Of a stretch of DNA of 60,000 nt, positions 48,976-60,000 are shown one piece after another (position 1 is the stretch's first letter; each line of letters opens with the position of its first letter). The notes below the pieces were generated by a model. That model was not told where the DNA came from. It saw only the letters and a program-made list of their open reading frames with translations, and did no database searches. A program made the translations under genes and the position numbers. The stretch spans positions 2,792,001-2,852,000 of the forward strand of contig CM075998.1 in assembly GCA_038087875.1 (NCBI GenBank), in the 5' to 3' direction. The DNA is from Malacoraja senta. Taxonomy: Eukaryota.

Positions 48976-51900
48976 CCTTTTCAAGATATCCCTATACCTT
49001 CCCAGAGCTCTTTAGCATCCATATCTGAATCGGAGCACATAATCCAGACAGATTCTTGGTGTTGAACAAAGTGACCACCAAGTTCAGATCCAACTGGCTA
49101 CATGCAGATTCAGAAATAAAATCCATGGTATTAAAAAGAACAATGGATAGTTTCCCCCAGATCAACATTTTGCCCTCATTCAAAGCACAAAAAAAAGCAT
49201 AGGTTAACTAGACATTATTTTATTTGCTGCTTGCGGGGATTGCTCTGCACAAAATCCATTGCTGCATTTGCGCACTTTCAGTTACTGCATTTTCAAAGCG
49301 AGTAGTTGATTGCAAAGCGTTTCCAGGCATCCTGTGACTACGAAAAGGAGAAATGCAAGTCCCTTCTCGGTCTTCACATGGTTATTTTTGGTGCAATGTG
49401 CTGCATCAGTGCAACAGAAACAGGCAAGATACATCAAGGTGGAGCACAAAAGCAAGAGTAGATTTGAGTGTCTTAGATTCCTAGGCTTTGGTAAAATTCA
49501 TGTGGTTGGGGAAAAGCTCTTCAGATGAGACGGGTCTCATCCAAAGCAGACTGGTTGGTACTAGTTGCTCTACCAAGAGGATAATGATGATAGTGAGCAA
49601 GAATTTTAACGAATTAAAGGCAAAGAGCACAGAAAAGAAAATGAAACTAACTGAAGAAAGATTAAGTTTATAAAATGGAATAAAAGGAATGCAGTTGAAA
49701 GCAGACACAACCTCCTCGGCTGTGTGATAATGGCTGTCAGAAGCATTCACAAAAAAAGTTTTGAACTCATTGGCTATTTGAGAATCATGATGCAAACTTA
49801 ATGCAAAGTTAACTGTGAATACTGGACAAGAAATGGAGGACCTCATGTGAGAATAAACGTTGTTATTAAAACCAAGAGTGTGAGGGGATCAAGGATAAAT
49901 CTTGAAGTTGCCTGTTGACCAATAAACTAAACTTCCTATACAATTTTGGAAACAGAAATGCCATTCTTATGAGAGATTTTAACAGGCCTCACGTAAACTG
50001 GCAACGTATAGCAATCTGAAATCTGAACCATGATTAATGTAATTTATGATGTCTAGTCTCTGTATATGAAGAAGCACCTTTACCTCCAGCCAACCGTGGT
50101 AAGCTTAACAGGCTGTGTACTCATTCATTACCCTCCTGAGGAGGCATAGTTACTGTATCGAGTGCTTTTTGTGTATTTAATAAAGATAGTCATCTGTTAA
50201 AATGGAACCCGTTTTTTACCCCCAGATGGCTTCTACTTCACTGCCTCATTTCAATACAATGCGTGATTATATTGATGTCATTTGCCTGATTGTCTGAAAC
50301 AAGTTTTTAAAAAAGGGTGACGAAAAGGGGGGATGAAAGGGGGCGAGCTGATATATCCCTTTTGTGCGATGTTTATAATAGAGTATCTGCCTTTCTCTTA
50401 TTTCTTCTTTCACTTTTTTCTTTCCTAGGGTCTATTTCTTAATTTCCTTTCTCTAATTTCTCGTCTAAAGGGTCTTTCTTCTTTCCTTTCGTCACGCTTT
50501 TACACTAACACTATTTTCTTTCACTTTCTCTATTTTCTCAATTTCAACCTTTTTTTAATAGCTTTAAAAAATGAAGGGGTACATTAAATGAAATAAGATA
50601 TACGTGGTGTGTATTAATGTAATCGATTGTAATTTAATGTACTTCTAATAAATAAAAATAAATTTAAAAAAAGGGTGACAAAGCAACAGGAACAAGCCAT
50701 AAATGAAATTCATGAAAGGCACAACAAGGGTTCTACTGGATTATAAATCACCACAATAATACTTTCAGGAAAGATGATAGAATAAGCCGAGATAATAAGA
50801 GATCTGATTGGCATATTGACAATGACCAAGCTAGGAAAACTGATATGGGAACAAACCAGAGAGCAATAACTTTCTAAAATTAATCCAGTAAATGGCTGCA
50901 TTACTGCTGTCAGAACGTGCAGATTCAGTTTGCCCTACATTTTTTTTCTTCTAAATTCAGGCAACTGAACCATCCTACCAAGAACTAGAGAGCAGTCCTG
51001 AGCTACTATCTACCACATTGAGACCCTCCAACTATCTTTGATCGGGCTTTATCTTGCACTAAACATTATTCACGTTATTCCCTTTATCATGTACTTGTAC
51101 ACTGTGGACGGCTCGATTGTAATCATGTATTGTCTGTCTGCTGACTGGTTAGCACACAGCAAAAGCTTTTCACTGGACCTCGGTACACGTGACAATAAAC
51201 AAAACTAATTAACTAAATAAAAGTAACATCCCAAATGGACACTGAAATGTGCAGTGGAGTCCAAATGAATAAATAGAAAGGTACATAATCCCAGAGCACA
51301 GATAACCCAAGACAGTTCAATTATATGTGCCTCTATTTCTCGTTTGCTGCCCTTTCCTGTCGGGATATTGTGGATATGGAGGCTTAGAACGCAGTGTTTT
51401 GGGTTTTGCTGGTGGATCAAAGTGAACCCAGAACATTGAGATGTTTGTTTGGGCAGGGAACATGAATGTAACATTTATATGCAGCCTAAGACTTCATGGC
51501 TTACACGGGAAAGAAACATTGGTACCCAATAAAGTATATCGTGGCTTCCTGAAATTCTTTGATATTGCTCAACATGAAAAACTGCTACTGAGGTGGGTGT
51601 CCTTAATTAGGAGCATGACATTAGGTTGGGAACTGAATTGGACATTACAAGTCAGGGATTGGTGCTGGGACTTCTGATCTGCAAAGATTACCTGCAAAGA
51701 AACACAGGACTTACCCAATGGAAGGCAGGGGGAAAAAAAATAATTGAATCTGATGAAGTGGCCATAGGGGGGGGGGAAATGGAGACAACATGTACACTTG
51801 CACTGACAATGCATTTCATTAGCCATAGATTTGCAAGGTCTTACACAATGGGTTAAAAAAAAAAGTTGCAAGATAAATCTGACTAATTAGAACCTGGACC

Positions 51901-52631
51901 AAGAGGGAAATCAGAGAATGATCTCTCAAGATTCAGTAACTGCAAAACAGCAATCTACAAGAGCCAACACATACCATGGTACGTTGAGCAACTGCGAGTC
52001 TGTGGTCACAGTGTTTGACTCAAGCCCCACCTTAAACAGCGTCAAAGCCCAGAATTAGGAAACGGAGAAGAGGCATCCGAGTACTGAATTATGAGGAGAG
52101 CCCAGTAAAAAATGTGAACGTCTTAGCCTTGAAAGAAGGTAAATGGCAGGTAACCTTTTATCCCGAGCACCCTCTCACGTTAAAACACAATTACAACGCA
52201 GGTGGACCTGGTATAACTCAGCAAAGGTGAGTGCGATGTCAGGAGGCATTGCTTCACAAAGAGATTAATACCTGGCGGCTCTGGGCAGCTGCAAAAACTT
52301 TGGAGTCATTCAAGTGGCAGTTAGCCATCTGGGAACCATGAGCTTAATAGTCTTCCTTATCCATCAGGATGTTTGTGGTCTAGACAAAAAACTGTAGAGG
52401 TCCCAGCACTAATACCCAGGGCACTCCTCTCAGTACACCTCCCTAACTTCCTTGTCTTCCCTCTCCATTTCATATCCATGAGATACTCTGTTTCAGAACT
52501 ATTATAAAAGAAAATTTGGCCACATTTTTACTTTTTTTTTTAAAAGTAAGCTAGTTTGACATTCAGTACTCAAAACACCATGTTTCCAACATGAAACAAT
52601 TGAATAAAATGGCTTAAAATGAAAAATATAC

Positions 52632-52680
52632 CATCTCCAATCGAACTCAATTTCTCCATGTCTTCGAGTACAGCAATGGC
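52632..52680 (-). CDS. PRKAG1: AMPK gamma-1, coding exon 2 (AIAVLEDMEKLSSIGD-V)
   Basis: Acceptor tttgtctttcccacag, donor G|gtatat. 49 nt, phase 0 to 1, joins in frame with 46248-46354. Size matches recalled vertebrate PRKAG1 exon 2, but the sequence itself is poorly conserved. Confidence 0.75.
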
Positions 52681-53769
52681 CTGTGGGAAAGACAAACAGT
52701 GAAACAATTCAATTAAAATCAGCCGGTAATTTTAACGAGGACAATGATATAGAGTAATGGAGAGATTCAGCACAGAAACAAGCCCTTCAGCCCACCAAGT
52801 GCGCCTTTTATTCTCCCTGCATTCCCATTAACTCCTCCCAGATTCTACTCAGCCCATACTAGGGGCAATTTTTAGCAGCCAATTAATCTACCAACCTGCA
52901 CATCTTTGGGATGTGAGAGGAAACCAAAGTACCCATGTGGTCACAGGGAGAGTGTGCAACACTGCACACAGGCAGCAGCAGAGGACAGGATTGAAACCAG
53001 GTCTCTGGCACCGTGAGACAGCAGCTCTACATGCTGCATGCTGTGCTGCCATTTCAACTGCAAGTTAGGAGAATTCCTTTCAGGGATAACTATACAGGAA
53101 GAAAGGTTAATAGGAATACTTATGTCAGCATAAGCAACCATATGCCAACAACAAACAGACACACAACCCTCCCATACCATGAAGGCGATTTGAAAAGGTA
53201 CAAGTCCAGAATGCAGATCTCTCAGGTTGACATATAGGCAATATTTTTTGGAGTGCTAGTATTATGAGCAGAGTAGGCTCAACAGTTGTTATTAACATTG
53301 AGGTATTGTACAGAGACATCTTTGCACAAGTCTGACCAATTGAGTGGCAATATTTTTACTTACCAACAGACTCCAGCCTTAAATGAATACACTACACGTC
53401 CAGGATAGAGCAAGTAACCGTGAAGAAAGGTAACAAGAAGTGGCGTTTTGTGCTCGACATCTGCAAACTGCTGCAGCTAAGGGATATGGATGTGAATCAC
53501 ATCCCAGAAACTCAAACCTCTAGCCAGCAACAACAAAAAAGGCACTTAAAATAGAACCGAAAACCAATCCAAGTATGCATGTGACAGCACAGCCTGGGCA
53601 ACAAGCACATCCACTCAAACGGAGATAAAACACAGCACTCAAGATGCCAGAGAAAGACGAGATCCTCTTGACATCAGGAAAACGTTGGCCATTAAGTACA
53701 CAGAGAGATACTTATGAAACCCAAACAAAATGATTGGCAAAACAGATATGTTAGTTACCAGGAAACACA

Positions 53770-54460
53770 TCAAGGTTTCAAAGGTCTTTTATTGTCACAT
53801 GTACCAATTAGGTACAGTGATATGCGAATTACCATACAGCCATATGAAAAAAAAATCACAACAAAACGCACAATTACATAAAAGCTAACATAAACATCCA
53901 CCACAGCGTATTCCCCACATCCCTCATTGTGATGGAAGGCAAAAAAAGTCAAATCTGCTTCCTCTTTATTCTCCCGCGGTCGGGGCATTCGAACCAGCCG
54001 TTGGGGCGATCGAAGCTCCCACAGCCGGCGGTCGAAGCCCCCGCTTCGGGGCAATCAAAACACCCGCGCCAGGGCGATCAAAACTCCCTTGGAGTTCCCG
54101 AAGTCGGTCTCTGACCAGAGATCGCGGGCTCCGTGATGTTAAGTCAGCAAGCACCCACGGTTGGAGCTCTGAGGTCAATCCCTGGCAAAGGGATCGCGGG
54201 CTCCGCGATGATAAGTCCGCAGGCGACCGCGGAGGAGCTCTCGAAATCGGTCTCCAGCAACAGCCGCCAACTCCTCGATGGAGATATGATACGGTAAAAA
54301 AAATCGCATCTCCATTGAGGTAAGAGATTAGAAAAAGTTTCCCCCAACTCCATCCCCCACCCCCCATATAAAACAAGCTAAAGAACACTAATAACATACA
54401 TTTAACACATACAATTAAAACACAAAGTAGGAAAGGACAGACAGACTGTTGGCGAGGCAA
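53770..54460 (-). mobile_element. GC-rich retroposon related to 41478-42172
   Basis: Shared ttgccttccatcaca block, 3' hairpin plus TGACAATAAA, internal GC-rich repeats. Confidence 0.65.
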
Positions 54461-56494
54461 CTGAAGTACACCCTTGCAACCATTAACCAGGTTAAATATA
54501 GCATTGGAAGGATTACAATGATTCATAACACCATTAGGAGTTATCTCCAGGATTAAAAGTGCTGCTTTGCTGTGCAGGTGAAGGTAAATCTCACAAATTG
54601 AAGGCCTGGAATTTAGGTCTGTGTTCTTGGCATCTGCCACTGGTCTAACTACAGCTGTTAAAAGGAGAGGCAGGGTGGCTTTCAAAGACGTTAGTGGGCT
54701 AGCACACAGGCATTGGTGTGACTCACAGCGAGTCAGAGGAAACAGTGTTAAATGGCAAGTATGGTACAAAGGACAGACATCAAATGAGCATTTCACACAT
54801 CCAGGGTGCAGAATAAAGGAAGTTAAACATAGAGGCGAGATAAAGCAAACTAAAAAGCGAACAGAATTGATCACGATACGAAGAATCAATAGTGTCACGG
54901 ATGCAGGTTAGCTGCCAAGCCTTTAGTTTATTGGTGCCATAATTCTTACACAAGAACAGAAGAAATAGGAGCAGTAGGCCAATCAGCCCTTTGAGCCTGC
55001 CTCCCTAGTTATCAAGAGCATGGATCGTCTACTAACTTATCTCCATTTTCCAGCACTATCCTCATGTACTTGATTCCCTTTACTATTAATATCCTACCAC
55101 AACCAGAGAGCAGCGCTGAACTACTATCTACCTCATTGGTGCCCCTCGGACTATCTTTGATCGGACTTGCCTTGCAATAAACATTATTCCCTTATCATGT
55201 ATCTACACACTGTAAATGGCTCGATTGTAATCATGTATTGTCTTTCCGCTGACTGGAGAGCATGGCTCCCGATCAAACGCTAAGGAAGAGAGCAGAGCAT
55301 TGTGCTCATGAATCAGGTTAACGTCACTCCACTGCTGGGTCCTGTCATTGTGACTTCACTGTGAGGCAGAGATATCTTTACCTTCAGAGCATACCTGTGT
55401 TCACTGGAAGATGGGAATGGTGTTGGCAAGTAACATCAGACACTGCTCTGTACAGTCCACTCTACAGAACTGCACAGAGCCTTTTAAACAAAAGCTCTGG
55501 TCCTGGGTAGCTGGTGCCCCCAACATCATCTCCTATTACTTTCAATCAACACCTCTGCTCAGTCAGCAAAGCTCACCAGAGTTTCCAGCAGCCTGTTACT
55601 TTAATTCTCCACACCTCTCTGACCTGTTTTCAGCCCCCACATGTTTCAACAGATCCCAGCACCTCACCACCCAGCCTTCAAGTTAGTGCTAGAGTTAGTG
55701 TTTCTGCTCAGATAATATTGTTGCTGTAATCAAAGAGGGGGACCCTAACAGTAGCAGACAAAGGCAAGTACACACAGCCCTTTGATCTCATTTAACCTTG
55801 GAGCAGAATCTACGCCATTCCTATCTCAGGAACCACTTGCCTGCCTCATCCCCACAACTCCAAACCATTTATTCCATGGCAAGTCACATTGTCATCGAGT
55901 TACACCAAAGATAAAGGTAACACCACCCTATACTTCCCATCCGATCCTGCGTACTGGGAGTTTGCAACGCTGACACAGATCTTGGAGAGCACATAAACAG
56001 CATTCACAACCGGGCCACACAAGAAACTAACCAGAACAACATGATGTAACCTGTAATTGAATCACACAATAGCTGTTCTTGGGCTGAACGACACATAGAG
56101 AAGCCTGTCTCGACATGAATAATTAAAGTAAATCACCATAGCTGCAAGTTATACATCAGCGGCTGCAATGCAGTCATGTTTAAACTTTGCGTTCATTTTA
56201 AGATCAGGTGCAGAATAAACAATTTTGCTTTGAATCGGCCTATCTATAGACGGATGTAATTTATAATCCCGGGCGTTTAGAAGAATCGGTTATATTTAAG
56301 TTATTTCACTGGAACGTACTCAATCCTGAGGGGGGTTACCAGCGCAGACACAGAGGAGATGTTAAAGACTAAGGCAGCTAGTCTATGGATATGGGGTTAC
56401 CAGGAGTAATTTCTTCTGAGGTTTGTGGATCTTTGGAAGCCACAACTTCATCAAATTGTGGAGAGTGAGCCATTAACTCATTTAAAGCTGAGAT

Positions 56495-57037
56495 CGCAAA
56501 CTGGAGGAGCAGCACCCCATATTCTGCTTGGGTAGCTTGCAATCTAACGGTATGATCATTGAATTCTCCAATTTTAGGTAACTAATCTACAAACAACCCC
56601 CTTTTTTCCTTCTCCCTCATCTTCCCTGTGCCTCACCTCGACTCATACCCATTTCTCTGCCCCCATATTCCTTCCTCTGGCTTCACAATTTGCAACCTCT
56701 TCTATCCTTATCTCACACCTTCTGGCCTTTGTCCAACCATCTGCCTATCAAACCCCCCCTCACCCATGTCTACTGATTTCTTGCAAGGCTCTCTTCCAGC
56801 ATCCCACCCCAATCAGTCTGAAGAACGGTCCCAAGCCAAAACGTCACCTATCCATGTTCTCCAGGTATGCTGCCTGACCCGCTGAGTTACTCCAGCACTC
56901 TGTGAAATGTCACCTATCCATGTTCTCCACAGATGCTGCCTGACCCGCTGAGTTACTCCAGCACTCTGTGAAACGTCACCTACCCATGTTCTCCAGGTAT
57001 GCTGCCTGACCCGCTGAGTTACTCCAGCACTTTTTGG
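56495..57037 (+). mobile_element. 5'-truncated Penelope-like element with GIY-YIG C-terminus and 3 tandem 66-bp units
   Basis: Translation RKLEEQHPIFCLGSLQSNGMIIEFSNFR*; flanking duplication tcatttaaa..gctgagat at 56478-56494 and 57038-57059. Confidence 0.88.
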
Positions 57038-58448
57038 TCATTTAAAAAAAAGCTGAGATTGATAGTGAAGTGCAGCCAAGGACATTATTAGCCATAGATA
57101 GGCACAAAATGCTGGAGTAACTCAGCGGGTCAGACAGCATCTCTGGAGAAAAGAAATAGGTGACGTTTTGGGTTGAGACCCTTCTTCAAACTACGCATTA
57201 ATAGCCATGATCTTATTGAAGTGCAGAGTGGACTGAAGTGGCTGAGAGCTCCCTTCCAGTTTCCTACATCCTTCATTCTTACAACAACATGATATTTTTG
57301 CAGAATAGCTATTTGGACAGTGGCGCAATGTGCTTGAAGCAAACAGCCACACAACACCCCAGTTAGACCACAAGGAGCACCGCATGCAAGCCTGGGCACC
57401 ATGCCAAGCACATATTGGGTTTGGAGGGATTGCAGATTAGATTGACCAGAATGATATACAGACTCACAAGGGTTAAATTGCAATTAAGATTTCACAAACT
57501 AGGTTTGTCATCTCTGGAAGTTCAAAGTGACAGGATGATTTATTCGAAGTCTCCAAAGGGGAAACAGATTCGATACATAAGGAGAATATTTACCTGTACC
57601 GAGGGAGTCACTGTCGAAAAATTAGAGCAAGGCCTTCTAATTGTGAGCTACATACAGAGGGTAGGAGCAACTTGAAACCTTTTTTCTATAGACAGCTGTA
57701 TTGTGCTGTTGAAGCAAAAGTGTAAAGGGATCTGGGACAGAGGCAGGTGTGCGGAGACAGATTACAGATCAGCCATGATCTCTCTGAATGGAAGATGATA
57801 CTCCAGTAGGTAAATAGGAATATAAGAGGCAGCCCAGTGAAACCAGTTAACCATTTCTCCACTGCATGTACTCCTGTTCCCATCATTGGCGATAGAATAT
57901 AAGGACTCTGCTGTAAATGAGGACTGCGACTTATGCCGCAAAGGATGCAATTATCTTTTTTTTTTGAAGCCTCAGCAAATTACCAAGTATAGATTCATAA
58001 GTAGGGAAAAAGATGCAACATCAGAAACTGAAGGATGGAGGGAGGTGGGGGAAGGAGGGAAATGGATAAAAAACAAATTGCAGTAAGTTTCTGTTTGTGT
58101 GGATAGTTGTCGGGATCAGTGATACAAGTAATTGTTACAGGAGATTCGCAAAAGAGTGCGCAGCAAGGACTATTTAGAGACAGGCAGTCATACAGCATGG
58201 AAACAGGCCCCGAGGCCCAACTCGTCCAGCTGATCAAGATGTCTAAGCTAGTTCCAATTACCCACGTTTGGCCCATATATCCCTCTAAACCTTTCCGATA
58301 CATGTGCCTCTTCAAACGTCTTTTAAATGTTTTCATAGCACCTGCCTTCTCTGGAAGCTCGTTCCATATACCCACCATGTGGGTGAAAAAGTTGCCCCTC
58401 AGGTTCCTATTATATATTTCCCCTCTCACCTTAAATCTACAGTATGTC

Positions 58449-58764
58449 TTTAGTTTAGTTTAGTTTAAAGATACAGCGAGGAAACAGCCCCTTCGGCCCA
58501 CCGGGTCCGCACCAACCAGCAATCCCCGCACACTAACACTATGCTACACACACTAGAGACAATTATACTAAGCCAATTTACATACATACCTATACGTCTT
58601 TGGAGTGTGGGAGGAAACTGAATATCTCGGAGAAAACCCACGTGGTCACGGGGAGAACGTACAAACTCCGTCCAGACAGCACCCGTAGTCGGGATAAGAC
58701 CCGGGTGTCTGGTGCTGCAGGCACTGTAAGGCAGCAACTCTACCGCTGCACCACCGCGCCGCCC
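58449..58764 (-). mobile_element. HE1-like SINE nested in a CR1 fragment (~58185-58890)
   Basis: Full SINE head and tail; atgtc duplication at the junctions. Confidence 0.82.
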
Positions 58765-60000
58765 ATGTCCACTGGTTCTTGATTCCCCCACCCCTGGGAA
58801 AAAGACTCTGTGCATCTTACCTATCTATTCCCCTCACGATTTTATACACCTCTAGAAGATCACCACTCATCCTACTGTGCTCCAAGGAAATCTCATAAAT
58901 CTACTCAAAATCTTCTCCTGGATAAATAAAGTGGCGCACACAAACAATCCAGTGGTTAAAATCTGCCTGTATCTTCATCCTATCTCATTAAAAGATCTGT
59001 TGAGCATTAGTCCCTTTCAATAAGTACAATATTAATGGAAAATAGCCAGCTGTAATGAAAATTAGCAACCGGCATCAGAACTGGAACACACTGCCCGAGG
59101 CAGGTACTCGCACAAGATTTAAGACGTAAGCACTTGAATCGCAAAGGCAGACAAGGCTCCAGACCAGGCACTGGTAAAGGGGATTAGTACAGATGGGTTC
59201 TTGAAACTTGGAGACACAAGGAACTGCAAATGCTGGTTTATAAAAATAAAACACAAGGTGCTGGAGTAACTCAGCGGGTCAGGCAGCATCTCTGGAAAAC
59301 ACGGTTCTGAGGAAGGGTCCCGACCCAAAACCGCACCGATCCACATCCTCCAGAGATACTGCCCGATCCGCTGAATTACTCCAGCATTGTGTGTACTACG
59401 CAAGATTCCAACCTATGTCTGAGGGCGTCAGGGGTTATGGGGAGAAGGCAGGAGAATGGGGTTGAGACGGAAAGATAGATTGGCCATGAATGAATCGCGG
59501 AGTAGACTTGATGGGCCAAATGGCCTAATTCTACTCCTAAAACTCATGAACTCTCCAGTGCCTTGTGGTTTATGTTTATTATTGTCACGTATACCGAGAT
59601 ACAGTGAAAAACGTTGTTTGCATGCTATCTAATCGGATCAGATAAATAAATACAATCAAGTCAAACTATAATCAGCAGTCCGGGATGGTATTTAATTACA
59701 TCCAGAGAGCATTCTCCTCTGTTCAACAGTGATACAAGAATGAAATATGACCACAATCTCCCTTCACACTGCTCCAAGTAGAGTCCTTTCCCGTACTATC
59801 ATTTGTTTGGACTAGGGAAATGAGGTTTCACATTGCACATTTTCCCACAAAATTCTACTTTTTGGGGGAAATTTCACTCAAGATCCTTCCTCTCCCATGG
59901 GAAATTAGTTATGGGCAGCATAATTTTTTTTTGTGTGGGAATATAGGCTTATTTTGTTATAACGTTGATAGGATAAAGCCATGGATAGAGACCAGAATAA

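Noticed and set aside
26593..52680. Assignment of the AMPK gamma gene to PRKAG2 or PRKAG3
   Set aside because: Diagnostic residues ([43 protein letters not shown]), the 49-nt exon 2 and adjacency to DDN all fit gamma-1.
53966..54898. 310-aa minus-strand ORF
   Set aside because: It crosses a GC-rich retroposon into intronic DNA and has no recognisable domain.
52681..60000. PRKAG1 first (ATG) exon
   Set aside because: No convincing ATG-plus-donor exon or CpG-island promoter was found; it is probably beyond the window.

Overview
Vertebrate genomic DNA, most likely from a cartilaginous fish (skate or ray). This is inferred from HE1-type V-SINEs, CR1/HER1-like LINE ends and abundant Penelope-like (PLE) remnants. 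Two minus-strand genes lie in tandem. (1) PRKAG1 (AMPK gamma-1): 12 coding exons from 52680 down to 26593 reconstruct in frame with consistent splice phases; the ATG exon was not found and probably lies beyond the right edge. Its last intron appears to be a non-canonical GC-AG intron leading to a small terminal exon (GDLSSESEQ*), an arrangement like that of PRKAG2. (2) A highly diverged dendrin (DDN)-like gene directly downstream, in the same order and orientation as human PRKAG1-DDN. It has a 98-nt exon (17547-17644) and a ~3-kb GC-rich exon (~12328-15391). The large exon is broken by about six frameshifts, all consistent with one missing base, which suggests consensus errors or recent decay. 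The rest is repeat-rich: PLE 3' ends with hammerhead-like cores, 66-bp tandem arrays and target-site duplications (TSDs), two PIF/Harbinger MITE copies, an ~880-bp palindromic TIR element, GC-rich retroposons sharing a hairpin-TGACAATAAA 3' end, CR1 and SINE fragments, and a 1.4-kb (TG)n tract. All homology statements come from recalled sequences, not database searches.
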